Shown: piece by piece, positions 1-8,534 of the stretch | Layout of the letters: each line of letters opens with the position of its first letter | How positions within the stretch are numbered: position 1 is the stretch's first letter | Assembly: GCA_028866995.1 (NCBI GenBank) | Contig: JAGWHD010000001.1 | Span: 636,068 to 700,067 of the forward strand | DNA: 64,000 nt | Source of the DNA: Candidatus Micrarchaeota archaeon | GTDB taxonomy: Archaea; Micrarchaeota; Micrarchaeia; Micrarchaeales; CABMGC01 | Reading direction: 5' to 3' | Position numbers and translations under genes: made by a program | Notes under the pieces: generated by a model | Databases searched by the model: none | What the model was told of the DNA's origin: nothing | Seen by the model: the letters and a program-made list of their open reading frames with translations, nothing else

Positions 1-540
1 TCAGAATAGACCCACAGCCTTCCGGCCATGTTGTAGCTCAGCTCTCCCCTGTTTATCAGGTCTATTATGCTGTAGGCCTTCTTCTTGAAGCTCCTTATCG
101 TTATATCTGCACCGAGCGGCGATTCAACAATGTTGGCCCTTGAGCCGTTTGGCATGTGCACGTCGAAGATATGCTTGCTCGCCATATCCGATGTCGCGTA
201 CATCCTCAGCTTCTTCACGAACATGTTCAGGTCCCTCCTTGTAGGTATCCTCTCCTTTGCCTCTGCTATGCCCTCCCCTGTCTTGAACACGAATATGTTC
301 CTGGTGTTGTTCACCATTATGTCCTCTATGTTCTCGTCGTGGAGGTAGCCATCGATAGGGTCGAACCTCTTCGCATCTGCTATGACCCTGTCTATCTCCT
401 CCTGCGTGATTGCCGGGTTAACTGTCTTGGCTATCGTCTCTATGTTCTTGAGCAGGTCTGCCTCGTCGCTGTACTGGCTCAGCTTGCCCTCCAGTAGCTC
501 AAAGACCCTCCCCTCGAACTGCCTGAAGTCGTCGTCCATT
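1..540 (-). CDS. Type II/IV secretion-family ATPase (archaeal PilB/FlaI/VirB11-like), N-terminal part. The gene runs off the left edge. The start is ambiguous: ATG at 540 requires a frameshift near 480, otherwise TTG at 503.
   Basis: Hand translation of the minus strand, frame with codons starting at 479, 476 and so on: SQYSDEADLLKNIETIAKTVNPAITQEEIDRVIADAKRFDPIDGYLHDENIEDIMVNNTRNIFVFKTGEG...ITIRSFKKKAYSIIDLINRGELSYNMAGRLWVYS. This matches the N-domain and linker pattern of T4P/archaellum assembly ATPases as I remember it. It is absent from the ORF track because it is open at the window edge. Confidence 0.6.
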
Positions 541-585
541 AAACCCGCCTAGTATCACTGATGAATCCCAATTCTTTTATAATGC

Positions 586-1887
586 TTAGTTGTTCGGCAC
601 TATGTTGTCTATGATGAAGTTGGGGTCATAGGCCATGAGATCCGAGTACTTTTCGCCCATTCCGAAGAAGAGTATGGGTATTGTCGTGTCGCTGAGTATC
701 GATATGGTGTTGCCTCCCTTAGCGTCGACGTCAAGCTTGGTGAGTATTATGCCGTCTATCTTTACTGCCTCGTTTATCGCCTTGACCTGGTTCAGGAGCG
801 CATTGCCCGCTATGCCCTCGCCGACGAATATCTTCATGTCAGGAGCCGTGACTCTTGACATCTTCTTGAGCTCCTCTATAAGGCTCTTGTTCGTTTCCTG
901 TCTTCCCGCGCTGTCCATCAGAACGACATCTATCCCGTGAGCCTTCGCGTGGGCTATGGCGTCGAAGGCTATGCTTGCGGGATCAGCGCCATAGGCTCCC
1001 TTTATCACGTTGATGCCCAGTCTCTGCGCGTGTATCGCAGTCTGCTCCATCGCCGCTGCCCTGAATGTGTCGCTTGCAGACATGACGCACGTGAAGCCGT
1101 TGTCGAGCAGCATCCTCGCTATCTTCGCCATTGTCGTGGTCTTGCCTGCTCCATTGGGTCCCAGGAAGAGTATCCTAAAAGGCATCTCCCCGTTCTGCTT
1201 CTTCGCCCTCACCCTTGAGGGCAGGTCCGAATCGTCCCTCTTGGCTATGATGCTGAGTATGGAGCTCCTAACGCTCCTCCTTATCTCGCCTGCTATGTCC
1301 CTTGAGCTGATCTTCTTTCCTATGAGCTCCTTTGAAAGGTTGTCGACCATCCTCTCCGCGACGTCATAATTGACGTCCGATTGCAGCAGGTCCATCTTGA
1401 GACCATCAAGAAATGAGACAACATCCTTCTCCTTTATCTCCACCTGCCCGAAGATGAATCCCTTTATCCTTGTCGTTGCCGAGAGTTTTATCCCGCTCCT
1501 GTCCTCCTGCGGCTTCTGTTTTGGAGCCTCATTGCGCAAAGGCTCGCGCTTATTATCTTCGATTATGGGCCTCGCCTGCTCCGTCTTCTTCTCCTCTTCC
1601 TTTACCATTACCTTTTCGTATTCCTCCTCGTCACTCTCCTCTTCATCCTTCGGCTCAGGAGTTTCGGTTTTTTGGGGAATTGATTGCTTCTCCTCCGGCT
1701 GGAACTCCGCAGGCGCCTGCTTTTCCTCAACTTCGGGCTCCTCGAGTTTTTCCTCGATTTCAGGTTCTTCGGCCTTGGGCTCTTCGATTTTCTGCTCCTT
1801 CTTCTGTTCTTCCCTTATCTCCTCCTTCTCCTTCTTCGTTATGTTGTCTATGAAATTGGAGAACTTCTTCTTGAGCCCCTCAAACAT
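586..1887 (-). CDS. ftsY: Signal recognition particle receptor FtsY
   Basis: 433 aa. SRP-GTPase motifs LFLGPNGAGKTTT, DSAGR and TKLD in the C-terminal NG domain. Long E/K-rich N-terminus. Confidence 0.9.
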   Translation of the reverse strand: MFEGLKKKFSNFIDNITKKEKEEIREEQKKEQKIEEPKAEEPEIEEKLEEPEVEEKQAPAEFQPEEKQSIPQKTETPEPKDEEESDEEEYEKVMVKEEEKKTEQARPIIEDNKREPLRNEAPKQKPQEDRSGIKLSATTRIKGFIFGQVEIKEKDVVSFLDGLKMDLLQSDVNYDVAERMVDNLSKELIGKKISSRDIAGEIRRSVRSSILSIIAKRDDSDLPSRVRAKKQNGEMPFRILFLGPNGAGKTTTMAKIARMLLDNGFTCVMSASDTFRAAAMEQTAIHAQRLGINVIKGAYGADPASIAFDAIAHAKAHGIDVVLMDSAGRQETNKSLIEELKKMSRVTAPDMKIFVGEGIAGNALLNQVKAINEAVKIDGIILTKLDVDAKGGNTISILSDTTIPILFFGMGEKYSDLMAYDPNFIIDNIVPNN

Positions 1888-1899
1888 CGGATTACCTTA

Positions 1900-2340
1900 T
1901 CACTGTCCCGAGAGCTGCTGCTGGAGCGCTCCCATCCTGTAGTTGATGTCCATGAGCTCCTTCTCGAGCTTCTGCTTGTCCGAGACCAGCTTCATGAGAA
2001 CCTCCTCTCCCTTCTTCTGGTTCTCCTCCATGAATGACCTCGCGTCGTCTATGCTCTTCTCTATGAGGTAGCCTGCCCCGACATATGTTATGACGCTCTT
2101 GACATCCCCTATGCTCGCCTCCATGTACAGTCCCGCATCTGGGCTGACAAGGACCTTCGATCCCTTGACGTCGTCCATGCTACCCAGCAGCTCTATGCTC
2201 CTCCTTACCGAGTTGTTCGCTATCGTGTAGCTTGCGAGATTCTCCTCTACGTACTCGTACTGCTGGCTGTAGAGGTTCTGCAGGTACTGCAGCTGCGCGT
2301 ACAGCTCCCTCGGATCAACGTTCTGGTTGTTAGCCTCCAT
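1900..2340 (-). CDS. pfdA: Prefoldin alpha subunit
   Basis: Coiled-coil / beta-hairpin / coiled-coil layout. Sits between ftsY and eIF6 as in the conserved archaeal cluster. ATG at 2340 is preferred over the TTG at 2346 used by the track. Confidence 0.75.
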   Translation of the reverse strand: MEANNQNVDPRELYAQLQYLQNLYSQQYEYVEENLASYTIANNSVRRSIELLGSMDDVKGSKVLVSPDAGLYMEASIGDVKSVITYVGAGYLIEKSIDDARSFMEENQKKGEEVLMKLVSDKQKLEKELMDINYRMGALQQQLSGQ

Positions 2341-2342
2341 CT

Positions 2343-2588
2343 TCAAGCACCATTAGCATGATTGGTCTCTTTCTTGCCAGTCCTTGCGCTGGATTTCAGC
2401 TCTTCCATGCGCGCAATTCTGGCAGCTGCATCGCCGTTCAGGGCCATCCTGGATCTCGATCCCGGGTCTATGCCCTTCCTGAGCATCCTCCTGAGCTCCG
2501 CGCCGTTCATCGCCCTGGGCCTGCTGTCCAGCTCCCTCCTGGGCTTGGGCCTCCTGAATAGCCTCCTCCTGGCTTTCACGTGAGTCAT
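2343..2588 (-). CDS. Small Arg-rich basic protein, function unknown (81 aa from the internal ATG)
   Basis: ORF 2343..2642, with the likely start MTHVKARRRLFRRPKPRR at 2588. Codon usage (AGG, ATA, CTC) matches neighbouring genes. Its stop is 3 nt from the pfdA start. Confidence 0.4.
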   Translation of the reverse strand: MTHVKARRRLFRRPKPRRELDSRPRAMNGAELRRMLRKGIDPGSRSRMALNGDAAARIARMEELKSSARTGKKETNHANGA

Positions 2589-2634
2589 CAGATCCCCATT
2601 AAAAGATGGCGTGCTTGAATTTATAAGACATTGC

Positions 2635-3315
2635 CTATTCAAGGTCGAGGCCTTCTGCTATCCTCGCAAGCTCGAATCCAGTGGTCTCTTCACCTACCAC
2701 TACGCCGTTGGAGTTCGCCACTGCGCACAGTCCTATAGCAGAGGCTCCAAGGTTGGCTGTCGAGTACGATACCGATCCGAAAGCCTTCTTCAGCATGTCG
2801 CTCTCCTCGTCGCTCGCCTTGTTGTTCAGCACCATGCCCTTGTTGGTCATTATGTTGCTCGCGCCAACGGTCTGGAACCCTCCTATGGGCAATCTCATTG
2901 TCTCGACACCTAGGAAGTCCGCAATCTCCTTCTCCTCCCTCCCGCTGTACTCCGGGTTTATGACCGCGATCCTGTCATTCGCAAGTATGTTGTTCTTCAA
3001 CGCGTTCAGGCCTGTCCTCAGCACATGCACCTCGATGCCGTGCGCGGCCTTCCTTATCGCCTCTATCTCGTGCCTCTCCATCATCTCAGGGACCAGCACG
3101 GCCCTGGAATTCGCTACGGTGTATATGCCTACCAGTCCTGAGCCGTTCACAGTTGTCCTGACGACATCCGTCTGCAATGCCTCCCTTATCAGCTCCTCCT
3201 CGTTCTTGGTAGCTGCAGGAGTGAGTATTGTCAACCTGTCGCTTGACGTGGCGAAAGCGCCCACGTAGCTGTTGCCCAGGATGCTGCCCTTTACGATGCC
3301 CATCCTACGCATCAC
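2635..3315 (-). CDS. eif6: Translation initiation factor 6 (aIF6)
   Basis: 226 aa with the repeated GN..VG/VAN pseudo-repeat pattern of eIF6. Conserved cluster position. Confidence 0.9.
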   Translation of the reverse strand: MMRRMGIVKGSILGNSYVGAFATSSDRLTILTPAATKNEEELIREALQTDVVRTTVNGSGLVGIYTVANSRAVLVPEMMERHEIEAIRKAAHGIEVHVLRTGLNALKNNILANDRIAVINPEYSGREEKEIADFLGVETMRLPIGGFQTVGASNIMTNKGMVLNNKASDEESDMLKKAFGSVSYSTANLGASAIGLCAVANSNGVVVGEETTGFELARIAEGLDLE

Positions 3316-3732
3316 CTAGGTCTTGTTCTGGACCTTCTTGTCCTTGGGCTCGTTCTTCAGAGGATTAGGCTTCGGGGGCTCCGGCGCCTTTGCGGGCTTT
3401 ACCGTCTGATTCGCGCTCTCCTTCTCCTTTTGAGTATCCTTCGACTTCTGCTTGTCCTTCTTGTCGTCTGCCTTCTGCTCCTGCGCCGGCTTGACCAGCT
3501 TCACGTTCACGACTGCTCCTGCCTTCTCTACGCTGACGTCTATGGGCTCGATGTTCCTGGAGACTCTTATGGACAGCCGCTGGTTGAGCTCCTTGTCAAG
3601 TTTTACCATGTCCTCGTCCACCTTCTGGTGCATCGCAACGAAGCTCTTGATGAGGCCCGCAGCTTTCGCGTGCCTCCTCGACATGTGCAGCCTGACGAGC
3701 TGCTTCCTTAGGTTTATCCTTATCGCTGCCAT
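3316..3732 (-). CDS. rpl31e: Ribosomal protein L31e with a Lys-rich C-terminal extension
   Basis: N-terminal 85 aa resemble L31e (INLRK...RRHAKAAGLIKSFV...LDKELNQRL). About 55 aa of K/E/P-rich tail follow. Start is ATG 3732 or GTG 3738. Confidence 0.7.
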   Translation of the reverse strand: MAAIRINLRKQLVRLHMSRRHAKAAGLIKSFVAMHQKVDEDMVKLDKELNQRLSIRVSRNIEPIDVSVEKAGAVVNVKLVKPAQEQKADDKKDKQKSKDTQKEKESANQTVKPAKAPEPPKPNPLKNEPKDKKVQNKT

Positions 3733-3734
3733 TT

Positions 3735-3899
3735 TCACAACTCCTTGCTGAGCCTCATCTTCCTGTGCCTCCAGCTCCTCTGGAACCTGTTGTGCTGGAC
3801 GCTCCTGTGCGTCCTGAGCATCGCGAGAGCAGGTATCCTCCTGTTCTGCTTCAGCTTCTTCCCCAAACGCATCTTCAGCTTCTGGCTCTTCTTCGACAT
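3735..3899 (-). CDS. rpl39e: Ribosomal protein L39e
   Basis: From the internal ATG: MSKKSQKLKMRLGKKLKQNRRIPALAMLRTHRSVQHN, typical of L39e. 54 aa. Confidence 0.85.
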   Translation of the reverse strand: MSKKSQKLKMRLGKKLKQNRRIPALAMLRTHRSVQHNRFQRSWRHRKMRLSKEL

Positions 3900-3909
3900 G
3901 TTCTCAACT

Positions 3910-4215
3910 TCACTTGTGCTTGAATTCAATCTTCGCATCCGGCCTGTATGTCAGTCTGGACAGCAGGTCACGGAGCTGCTCGTCGGTCATCTTTCCCTGT
4001 ATGCGGTTCTGCTGCGCCATCGCTATTATCAGGTCAACGAGCTGCGAATACAATTGGTAGTTTGCCACTCGAACATTCATAAGCCTTTCATACGCGTCGG
4101 GCTCCATGAACTTCTGCGCTATACTCCTTTTCTGCTGCTCGACCTGCATGGCGCGCACGCGCCTCTCGAGGGCCTTCCTTGCCTTCATGTCCTGGTTCTC
4201 CTGCTCCTCCGGCAA
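3910..4215 (-). CDS. PDCD5/TFAR19-family DNA-binding protein
   Basis: 101 aa. FMEPDAYERLMNVRV...LVDLIIAMAQQNRI...MTDEQLRDLLSRL matches the archaeal PDCD5-like family. Conserved position between L39e and S19e. Confidence 0.75.
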   Translation of the reverse strand: MPEEQENQDMKARKALERRVRAMQVEQQKRSIAQKFMEPDAYERLMNVRVANYQLYSQLVDLIIAMAQQNRIQGKMTDEQLRDLLSRLTYRPDAKIEFKHK

Positions 4216-4218
4216 GGC

Positions 4219-4638
4219 TTACGCACCCTTGGATATCTCTCCCGCAACCTTGTCGAGGAATGACTTGCCGCTTGATGTTATTATCCTGCCCTTCTTTCCT
4301 TTCTTGACGTATCCCTTCTTCTCCAGTGCGTCGAAAGCGTCCTTGATTATGGAACCTCCCGCCCTTGCATGATGATGCCTGTGCACTGTGTGGTTTACCC
4401 TCGAGCCGTACCTTGTCCTGAGCTTGGACACTCCTATAGGCCCTTCCAGGTATACCTGCCTCAGTATCGACGCGCACCTCATGTACCAGAAGTCGGGGCT
4501 CTGCGGAGGCCTTTCCCTGCTCGCGCCGCTCTTCACGAGATCGACGTACTTGGGCTTGTCCATGCCCCCGCTCTGCTTCAGCCTCTGGGCTGCGCTCTCT
4601 ATCAGCCTCTGTGTGTCAACGTCAAGTATGTTTGCCAT
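4219..4638 (-). CDS. rps19e: Ribosomal protein S19e
   Basis: From MANILDVDTQRLIESAAQRLK. PDFWYMRCASILRQVYLEGPIGVSKLRTRYG is typical of S19e. Confidence 0.9.
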   Translation of the reverse strand: MANILDVDTQRLIESAAQRLKQSGGMDKPKYVDLVKSGASRERPPQSPDFWYMRCASILRQVYLEGPIGVSKLRTRYGSRVNHTVHRHHHARAGGSIIKDAFDALEKKGYVKKGKKGRIITSSGKSFLDKVAGEISKGA

Positions 4639-4756
4639 GTCTAGACCCTGTGAAAATGAAGGAATCTGCAACGTATATAGGCATGCATTAACTATATATA
4701 TTTAAGTATGCTATGCTACCCATATAGCGTTTGCTGCTTATTCAGGGGTATATATC

Positions 4757-5023
4757 TTGAAGCTGAATTTCATAGAAGACGAGGCAAAGAGCCTTACGAT
4801 AGAGTTCGAAGGATTCGACAGGGGCATTCCGGACATGATAAAGGAGAAGCTCCTCGAGAGCAAGGAGGTCGACTTCGCCGGCGTTATAAAGGAGCATCCC
4901 GAGCTCGGAAACCCGAGGCTCGTGGTCAAGTCTGAGAAGAACGCGAGGAACCTTGTGCTTAAGGCTGTCGAGGAGGTACAGGAGGAGCTGAAGGAGATCG
5001 CCTCCCAGGTGCCTAAGAAGTAA
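4757..5023 (+). CDS. rpoL: DNA-directed RNA polymerase subunit L (Rpo11)
   Basis: 88 aa. LTIEFEGFDRGIPDMIKEKLLESKEVDFAGVIKEHPELGNPRLVVK resembles Rpo11/RpoL. TTG start. Confidence 0.7.
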   Translation: MKLNFIEDEAKSLTIEFEGFDRGIPDMIKEKLLESKEVDFAGVIKEHPELGNPRLVVKSEKNARNLVLKAVEEVQEELKEIASQVPKK

Positions 5024-5027
5024 TCTG

Positions 5028-5579
5028 ATGCTGAAGGAAGGCGCAAGAATACTCGTAATCGAGGACTCCCCGTTCAGGAGGACTGACAAATCTGTTTTTG
5101 CACTGGGCATGATAGTCAGAAATGACATCGTAGAGGGCGCCATGTCCTTCATGGTAAAGAAGGACGGCGACGACTCGGCAGACAAGATAATAAGGGCTGT
5201 CAAAAGGTCCAGGTTCAAGGACCAGATAAAGCTCTTAGTCATCAACGGCATCGCCATCGCCGGGCTCAACATCGTCGACATGGCCAAGATAAGGGAGATG
5301 CTGGGCATAGGCTCGATCGCGATAACCAGGAAGAGGCCAAGGCCCAGCCTGCTAAGAAGGGCGATAAGGACCATGACCAAGGACAAGGAGAAGCTCTCGC
5401 TATTCAACAGGCTCTCCAACGAGATAAGCATCTACAGGGCAAACGGCTACTACCTGCAAGCATTTGGCATCGAAAAGAAGGATGCTGTCAAGGTTGCCTC
5501 CTACGCAGTCAAATACCTGAGGCTTGCGCATCTCATAACAGGGGCCGTAGTGAGGGGAGAGAGCAAAGGCAGAATCTAA
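5028..5579 (+). CDS. UPF0215/DUF99 family protein (endonuclease V-like fold)
   Basis: 183 aa. ILVIEDSPF...DGDDSADKII...LLVINGIAIAGLNIVD pattern as remembered for archaeal DUF99. Confidence 0.6.
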   Translation: MLKEGARILVIEDSPFRRTDKSVFALGMIVRNDIVEGAMSFMVKKDGDDSADKIIRAVKRSRFKDQIKLLVINGIAIAGLNIVDMAKIREMLGIGSIAITRKRPRPSLLRRAIRTMTKDKEKLSLFNRLSNEISIYRANGYYLQAFGIEKKDAVKVASYAVKYLRLAHLITGAVVRGESKGRI

Positions 5580-5585
5580 GCATCT

Positions 5586-6449
5586 TCATGATGTCGGCGC
5601 GGAATAGCCCGATTGCCAGTTCGCATTCCATATGGCCTTACTGGCAGCGCCCTGGTTGTTGTTGCCTGAATAGTCGTTCGCGTTCCCGTTCAGCGGCCAC
5701 CATCCCGCGAGATGGTTCGGATCCACAGGAACGCCACCTATGCCTTCAAGGTATAATGCCTTGGCAGTGGCATTGTCTAGCGATGCGTTGTATATCTGGA
5801 CATTCGCCACGTATATCGTCTCGCCGTTCGCACCTTGGGCCAGGATAAGTTGCTGACTTCCTGAGAAGATAGTGAAGGAAACAGAATTGCTTTGAACTTG
5901 TACACCGTCAATGTACAGATAGGCGTTGCCGTTTGAGACGCAGGTTATTACAATGCTGTGCCATCTGCTGTCGTTGTAATTGCCGCTACTGGGCTTTATG
6001 TTTAGCACCGTGTGCTGGGTCCCTAGATTGTCGCTAGGTTCAAACTCATAGGCTCCATTGGAAGCTAGGATGAGATTGTAGTTCTGGTTCGCATTGCTTG
6101 TCCCTTTCTCTAGCATATACTGGCCGTTTACATCCGGACCAACCACCTTTATCCAGAGTGAAACGGTGAAGGCCGTCAGGGCCAGCGCAGATGAAGGCGA
6201 CGAGATCGATGCTGACGTACCGGGACCGAACTGCCCGACGTATTTGGGGATTAGGTTACTGCATTGCCCAGCGAGACTGGTCTGCGCAGCCGTCTTCATT
6301 ACCTGGCAAGATCCCGGAGTCGCGGTAGGTTTGAGGCTTCCAGCATTGAATATGCCAAGGGAATAGAGCGAGACCATGACGATCGCAATGGCAAGGATGG
6401 CCCAGCCATATGTCATCAGGTACTCCATCGCCGACTGCAACTTGCGCAT
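5586..6449 (-). CDS. Class III signal peptide (archaeal type IV pilin-like) protein with a LamG/concanavalin-type lectin domain, dispersed paralog
   Basis: N-terminus MRKLQSAMEYLMTYGWAILAIAIVMVSLYSLGIFN (QSxxEY plus hydrophobic helix). LamG-like FTVSLWIKV, RWHSIVITCVSNGNAYLYIDGVQ, VANVQIYNASLD. Conserved tail WWPLNGNANDYSGNNNQG. Confidence 0.75.
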   Translation of the reverse strand: MRKLQSAMEYLMTYGWAILAIAIVMVSLYSLGIFNAGSLKPTATPGSCQVMKTAAQTSLAGQCSNLIPKYVGQFGPGTSASISSPSSALALTAFTVSLWIKVVGPDVNGQYMLEKGTSNANQNYNLILASNGAYEFEPSDNLGTQHTVLNIKPSSGNYNDSRWHSIVITCVSNGNAYLYIDGVQVQSNSVSFTIFSGSQQLILAQGANGETIYVANVQIYNASLDNATAKALYLEGIGGVPVDPNHLAGWWPLNGNANDYSGNNNQGAASKAIWNANWQSGYSAPTS

Positions 6450-6531
6450 ACAACCCTCTCGCGCATCCCTTATTTATTGTTTTGCGGGTACCATAAGGAA
6501 ACGTTAAATAAGCTATTTGCGAGATGCTATC

Positions 6532-6681
6532 ATGGCTTTGGCAACACCGCAGTCGCAGGCAGGGATACTCAGCTTCTACGATGCACCTGAGAGGGGACCG
6601 TCGCTCAATCCCAGGGCTGTGCTCATAGCAGTGGTCATATTCGCCGCACTTGTCATAATATTCAACCACTTCGTGGTCTAG
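6532..6681 (+). CDS. secG: Preprotein translocase subunit Sec61 beta (archaeal SecG), 49 aa, below the ORF-track size cut-off
   Basis: Hand translation: MALATPQSQAGILSFYDAPERGPSLNPRAVLIAVVIFAALVIIFNHFVV. AG(I/L)xx(F/Y)D, then a P..V motif, then a single C-terminal TM, typical of Sec61beta. Confidence 0.65.
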   Translation: MALATPQSQAGILSFYDAPERGPSLNPRAVLIAVVIFAALVIIFNHFVV

Positions 6682-7517
6682 GCAAGGGCAAAGGTGTCTC
6701 TCTTCTTCTCGCTGACGTCCCCGTTCTCCGACAGAAGGTAAAGCACTCCCCTGACTCCGTCCTCATCCAGTCCAAGAGTGTCCGCTATCTCACCTACCTT
6801 GCTTGACCCTCCCCTTAACTCCTTTATTATCGCACCGCTGTACCTCTCGAAGAATGCCCTAAGGACAACGTAGAACTTCTTGTTGAAGGCCCTCGTGCCC
6901 AATACGATCCCCTGCCTTATCGATTCCTCAAGCGCAAGCGACAGCGTCGCCGCCTCCCCTTCAGTCGTCACCACTACGAACCCGTTCTGCTCCAGGAACC
7001 TGACGTTCGGGTCCTGAGCGCTCTCGGGCTTCTTCTTCAGCATGTAGGTGTACTGCTTCACCACCTTGCTCTCCTTCATGCCCTCATCCTTCTTCTGCTC
7101 CTGCTGCCCCTGCCTCTTCCTCATGAGAAAGGTATCATAGATGCTCTTGGGTATGCTGTACAGCTGCGTACCCTTGCTGTTCTTGAAGAGCGTGACGCGC
7201 TTCTTGTCGAGGAGCTGCTTGAGCGTCGATTTCTCACTATCGTTCAGTATCCTGCTTACATTCTCGGGAGTCCTGTTCATGTACCTGAGCGTATCGAGCT
7301 TCTTCAGCACGCCAAGCTCAGGGTCGGACATGGAAACCTGCTGCGCCGCAGTCATGACCTCGGGCTTCTGCTCCTGCAATGCCTTGCCCCCAACCAGCAT
7401 GCTGGCTATGTCCGACTTCTTTGCGAACGCGAAGGAGCTCTGGTTAAGCTTGATGAAGTCTACCTCGTCCCCGTCCTTGAGCTTGAGCGCGTTGATTACC
7501 TCGAAAGGCAGGTACAC
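6678..7517 (-). CDS. Hypothetical protein with an AbrB/SpoVT-like N-terminus and winged-helix-like middle and C-terminal regions
   Basis: 279 aa. N-terminus MYLPFEVINALKLKDGDEVDFIK. C-terminus GEIADTLGLDEDGVRGVLYLLSENGDVSEKK looks like a wHTH. No family recognised. Confidence 0.45.
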   Translation of the reverse strand: MYLPFEVINALKLKDGDEVDFIKLNQSSFAFAKKSDIASMLVGGKALQEQKPEVMTAAQQVSMSDPELGVLKKLDTLRYMNRTPENVSRILNDSEKSTLKQLLDKKRVTLFKNSKGTQLYSIPKSIYDTFLMRKRQGQQEQKKDEGMKESKVVKQYTYMLKKKPESAQDPNVRFLEQNGFVVVTTEGEAATLSLALEESIRQGIVLGTRAFNKKFYVVLRAFFERYSGAIIKELRGGSSKVGEIADTLGLDEDGVRGVLYLLSENGDVSEKKRDTFALA

Positions 7518-7622
7518 GATCAGCTTGTCCTTTTGCTTGTATATCTTCGAGATGCGAACACCTACAGGAGTTTTAATATATGCTCTAAGATATAGAAATC
7601 AAAGTATAAAAGTGTTTGCGAG

Positions 7623-8534
7623 ATGGCTGCCGACGTTAAAAACAGCGAGGTGAAGGTCGACCTTGCGAGCGAAGCCGACCTGGCGCAGGCGATCTCACCG
7701 AAGAGCGCCTTTTCCGATAAGACTACCAGGGGCATCGTCCTCGTCATAGGCGGCAGCGACAGGTACTACGGTGCCCCTGTCCTCGCATCTAACGCAGCAT
7801 ACAATTCGTTGGTTTCGCTGCGCACATCAGCGGGCTACGCCAAGACATACGTTCCAAAGGGCACCCTTGCACTGACAAGGGGCTTCTCGCCGAATCTGGT
7901 AGTCAACGCTTTGGGTAATAAATCAATAACCCTAAACGGCACCATAAGGAAGGAGATAGAGGGATCCGACGCAGTGGCGATAGGCATGGGGATAGGAAGG
8001 GAGCCTGCGGCGCTGAGATCCGCCTACGGCATAATAAAGCATGCAATGTCGAATGGCAAGAAGGTCGTCGTGGACGCCGATGCGATAGCCTCTGTCAAGG
8101 GGAAGAAGATGTCGAAGGACGTGGTGCTGACCCCGCACGACAGGGAGTTCCTGAAGCTGTCCGGGCTCTCTGTGTCGAAGACAGACATCAAGGACAGGGC
8201 AGCCAAGGCGATGTCCGTAGCAAGGAAGCTGAACGCAAACGTGCTGCTCAAGGGCCATTACACGATAATAACGGACGGGACAAGGGCAAAGGTCAGCATA
8301 CCGAAGACACCTGCCCTGGCTACAATGGGCACCGGGGATGTTCTGTCTGGAATCATAGCCGCGCTAGCCTCCTCAGGAGCCTCTGCATACGACGCGGCAG
8401 TAGCCGGAGCATACGTCCACGGCAGGATAGGCGACGCGCTCTTCGAGGCAAAGGGCGCCCACATACTGGCAGTGGACGTAATAGATATGATACCTTCAGT
8501 GCTAAAGAAATACGACAGGATAACAGGGAGATGA
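7623..8534 (+). CDS. nnrD: ADP-dependent NAD(P)H-hydrate dehydratase (YjeF C-terminal / carbohydrate kinase family)
   Basis: GGSDRYYGAPVLASNAA and GTGDVLSGIIAAL motifs. 303 aa. Confidence 0.85.
   Translation: MAADVKNSEVKVDLASEADLAQAISPKSAFSDKTTRGIVLVIGGSDRYYGAPVLASNAAYNSLVSLRTSAGYAKTYVPKGTLALTRGFSPNLVVNALGNKSITLNGTIRKEIEGSDAVAIGMGIGREPAALRSAYGIIKHAMSNGKKVVVDADAIASVKGKKMSKDVVLTPHDREFLKLSGLSVSKTDIKDRAAKAMSVARKLNANVLLKGHYTIITDGTRAKVSIPKTPALATMGTGDVLSGIIAALASSGASAYDAAVAGAYVHGRIGDALFEAKGAHILAVDVIDMIPSVLKKYDRITGR

Noticed and set aside
6515-6526. The 11-nt string tttgcgagatg is shared upstream of sec61beta (6515..6525) and at the nnrD start (7613..7625).
   Set aside because: There are only two occurrences. 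In one case the ATG is the start codon and in the other it is out of frame. That is insufficient to call a regulatory motif.
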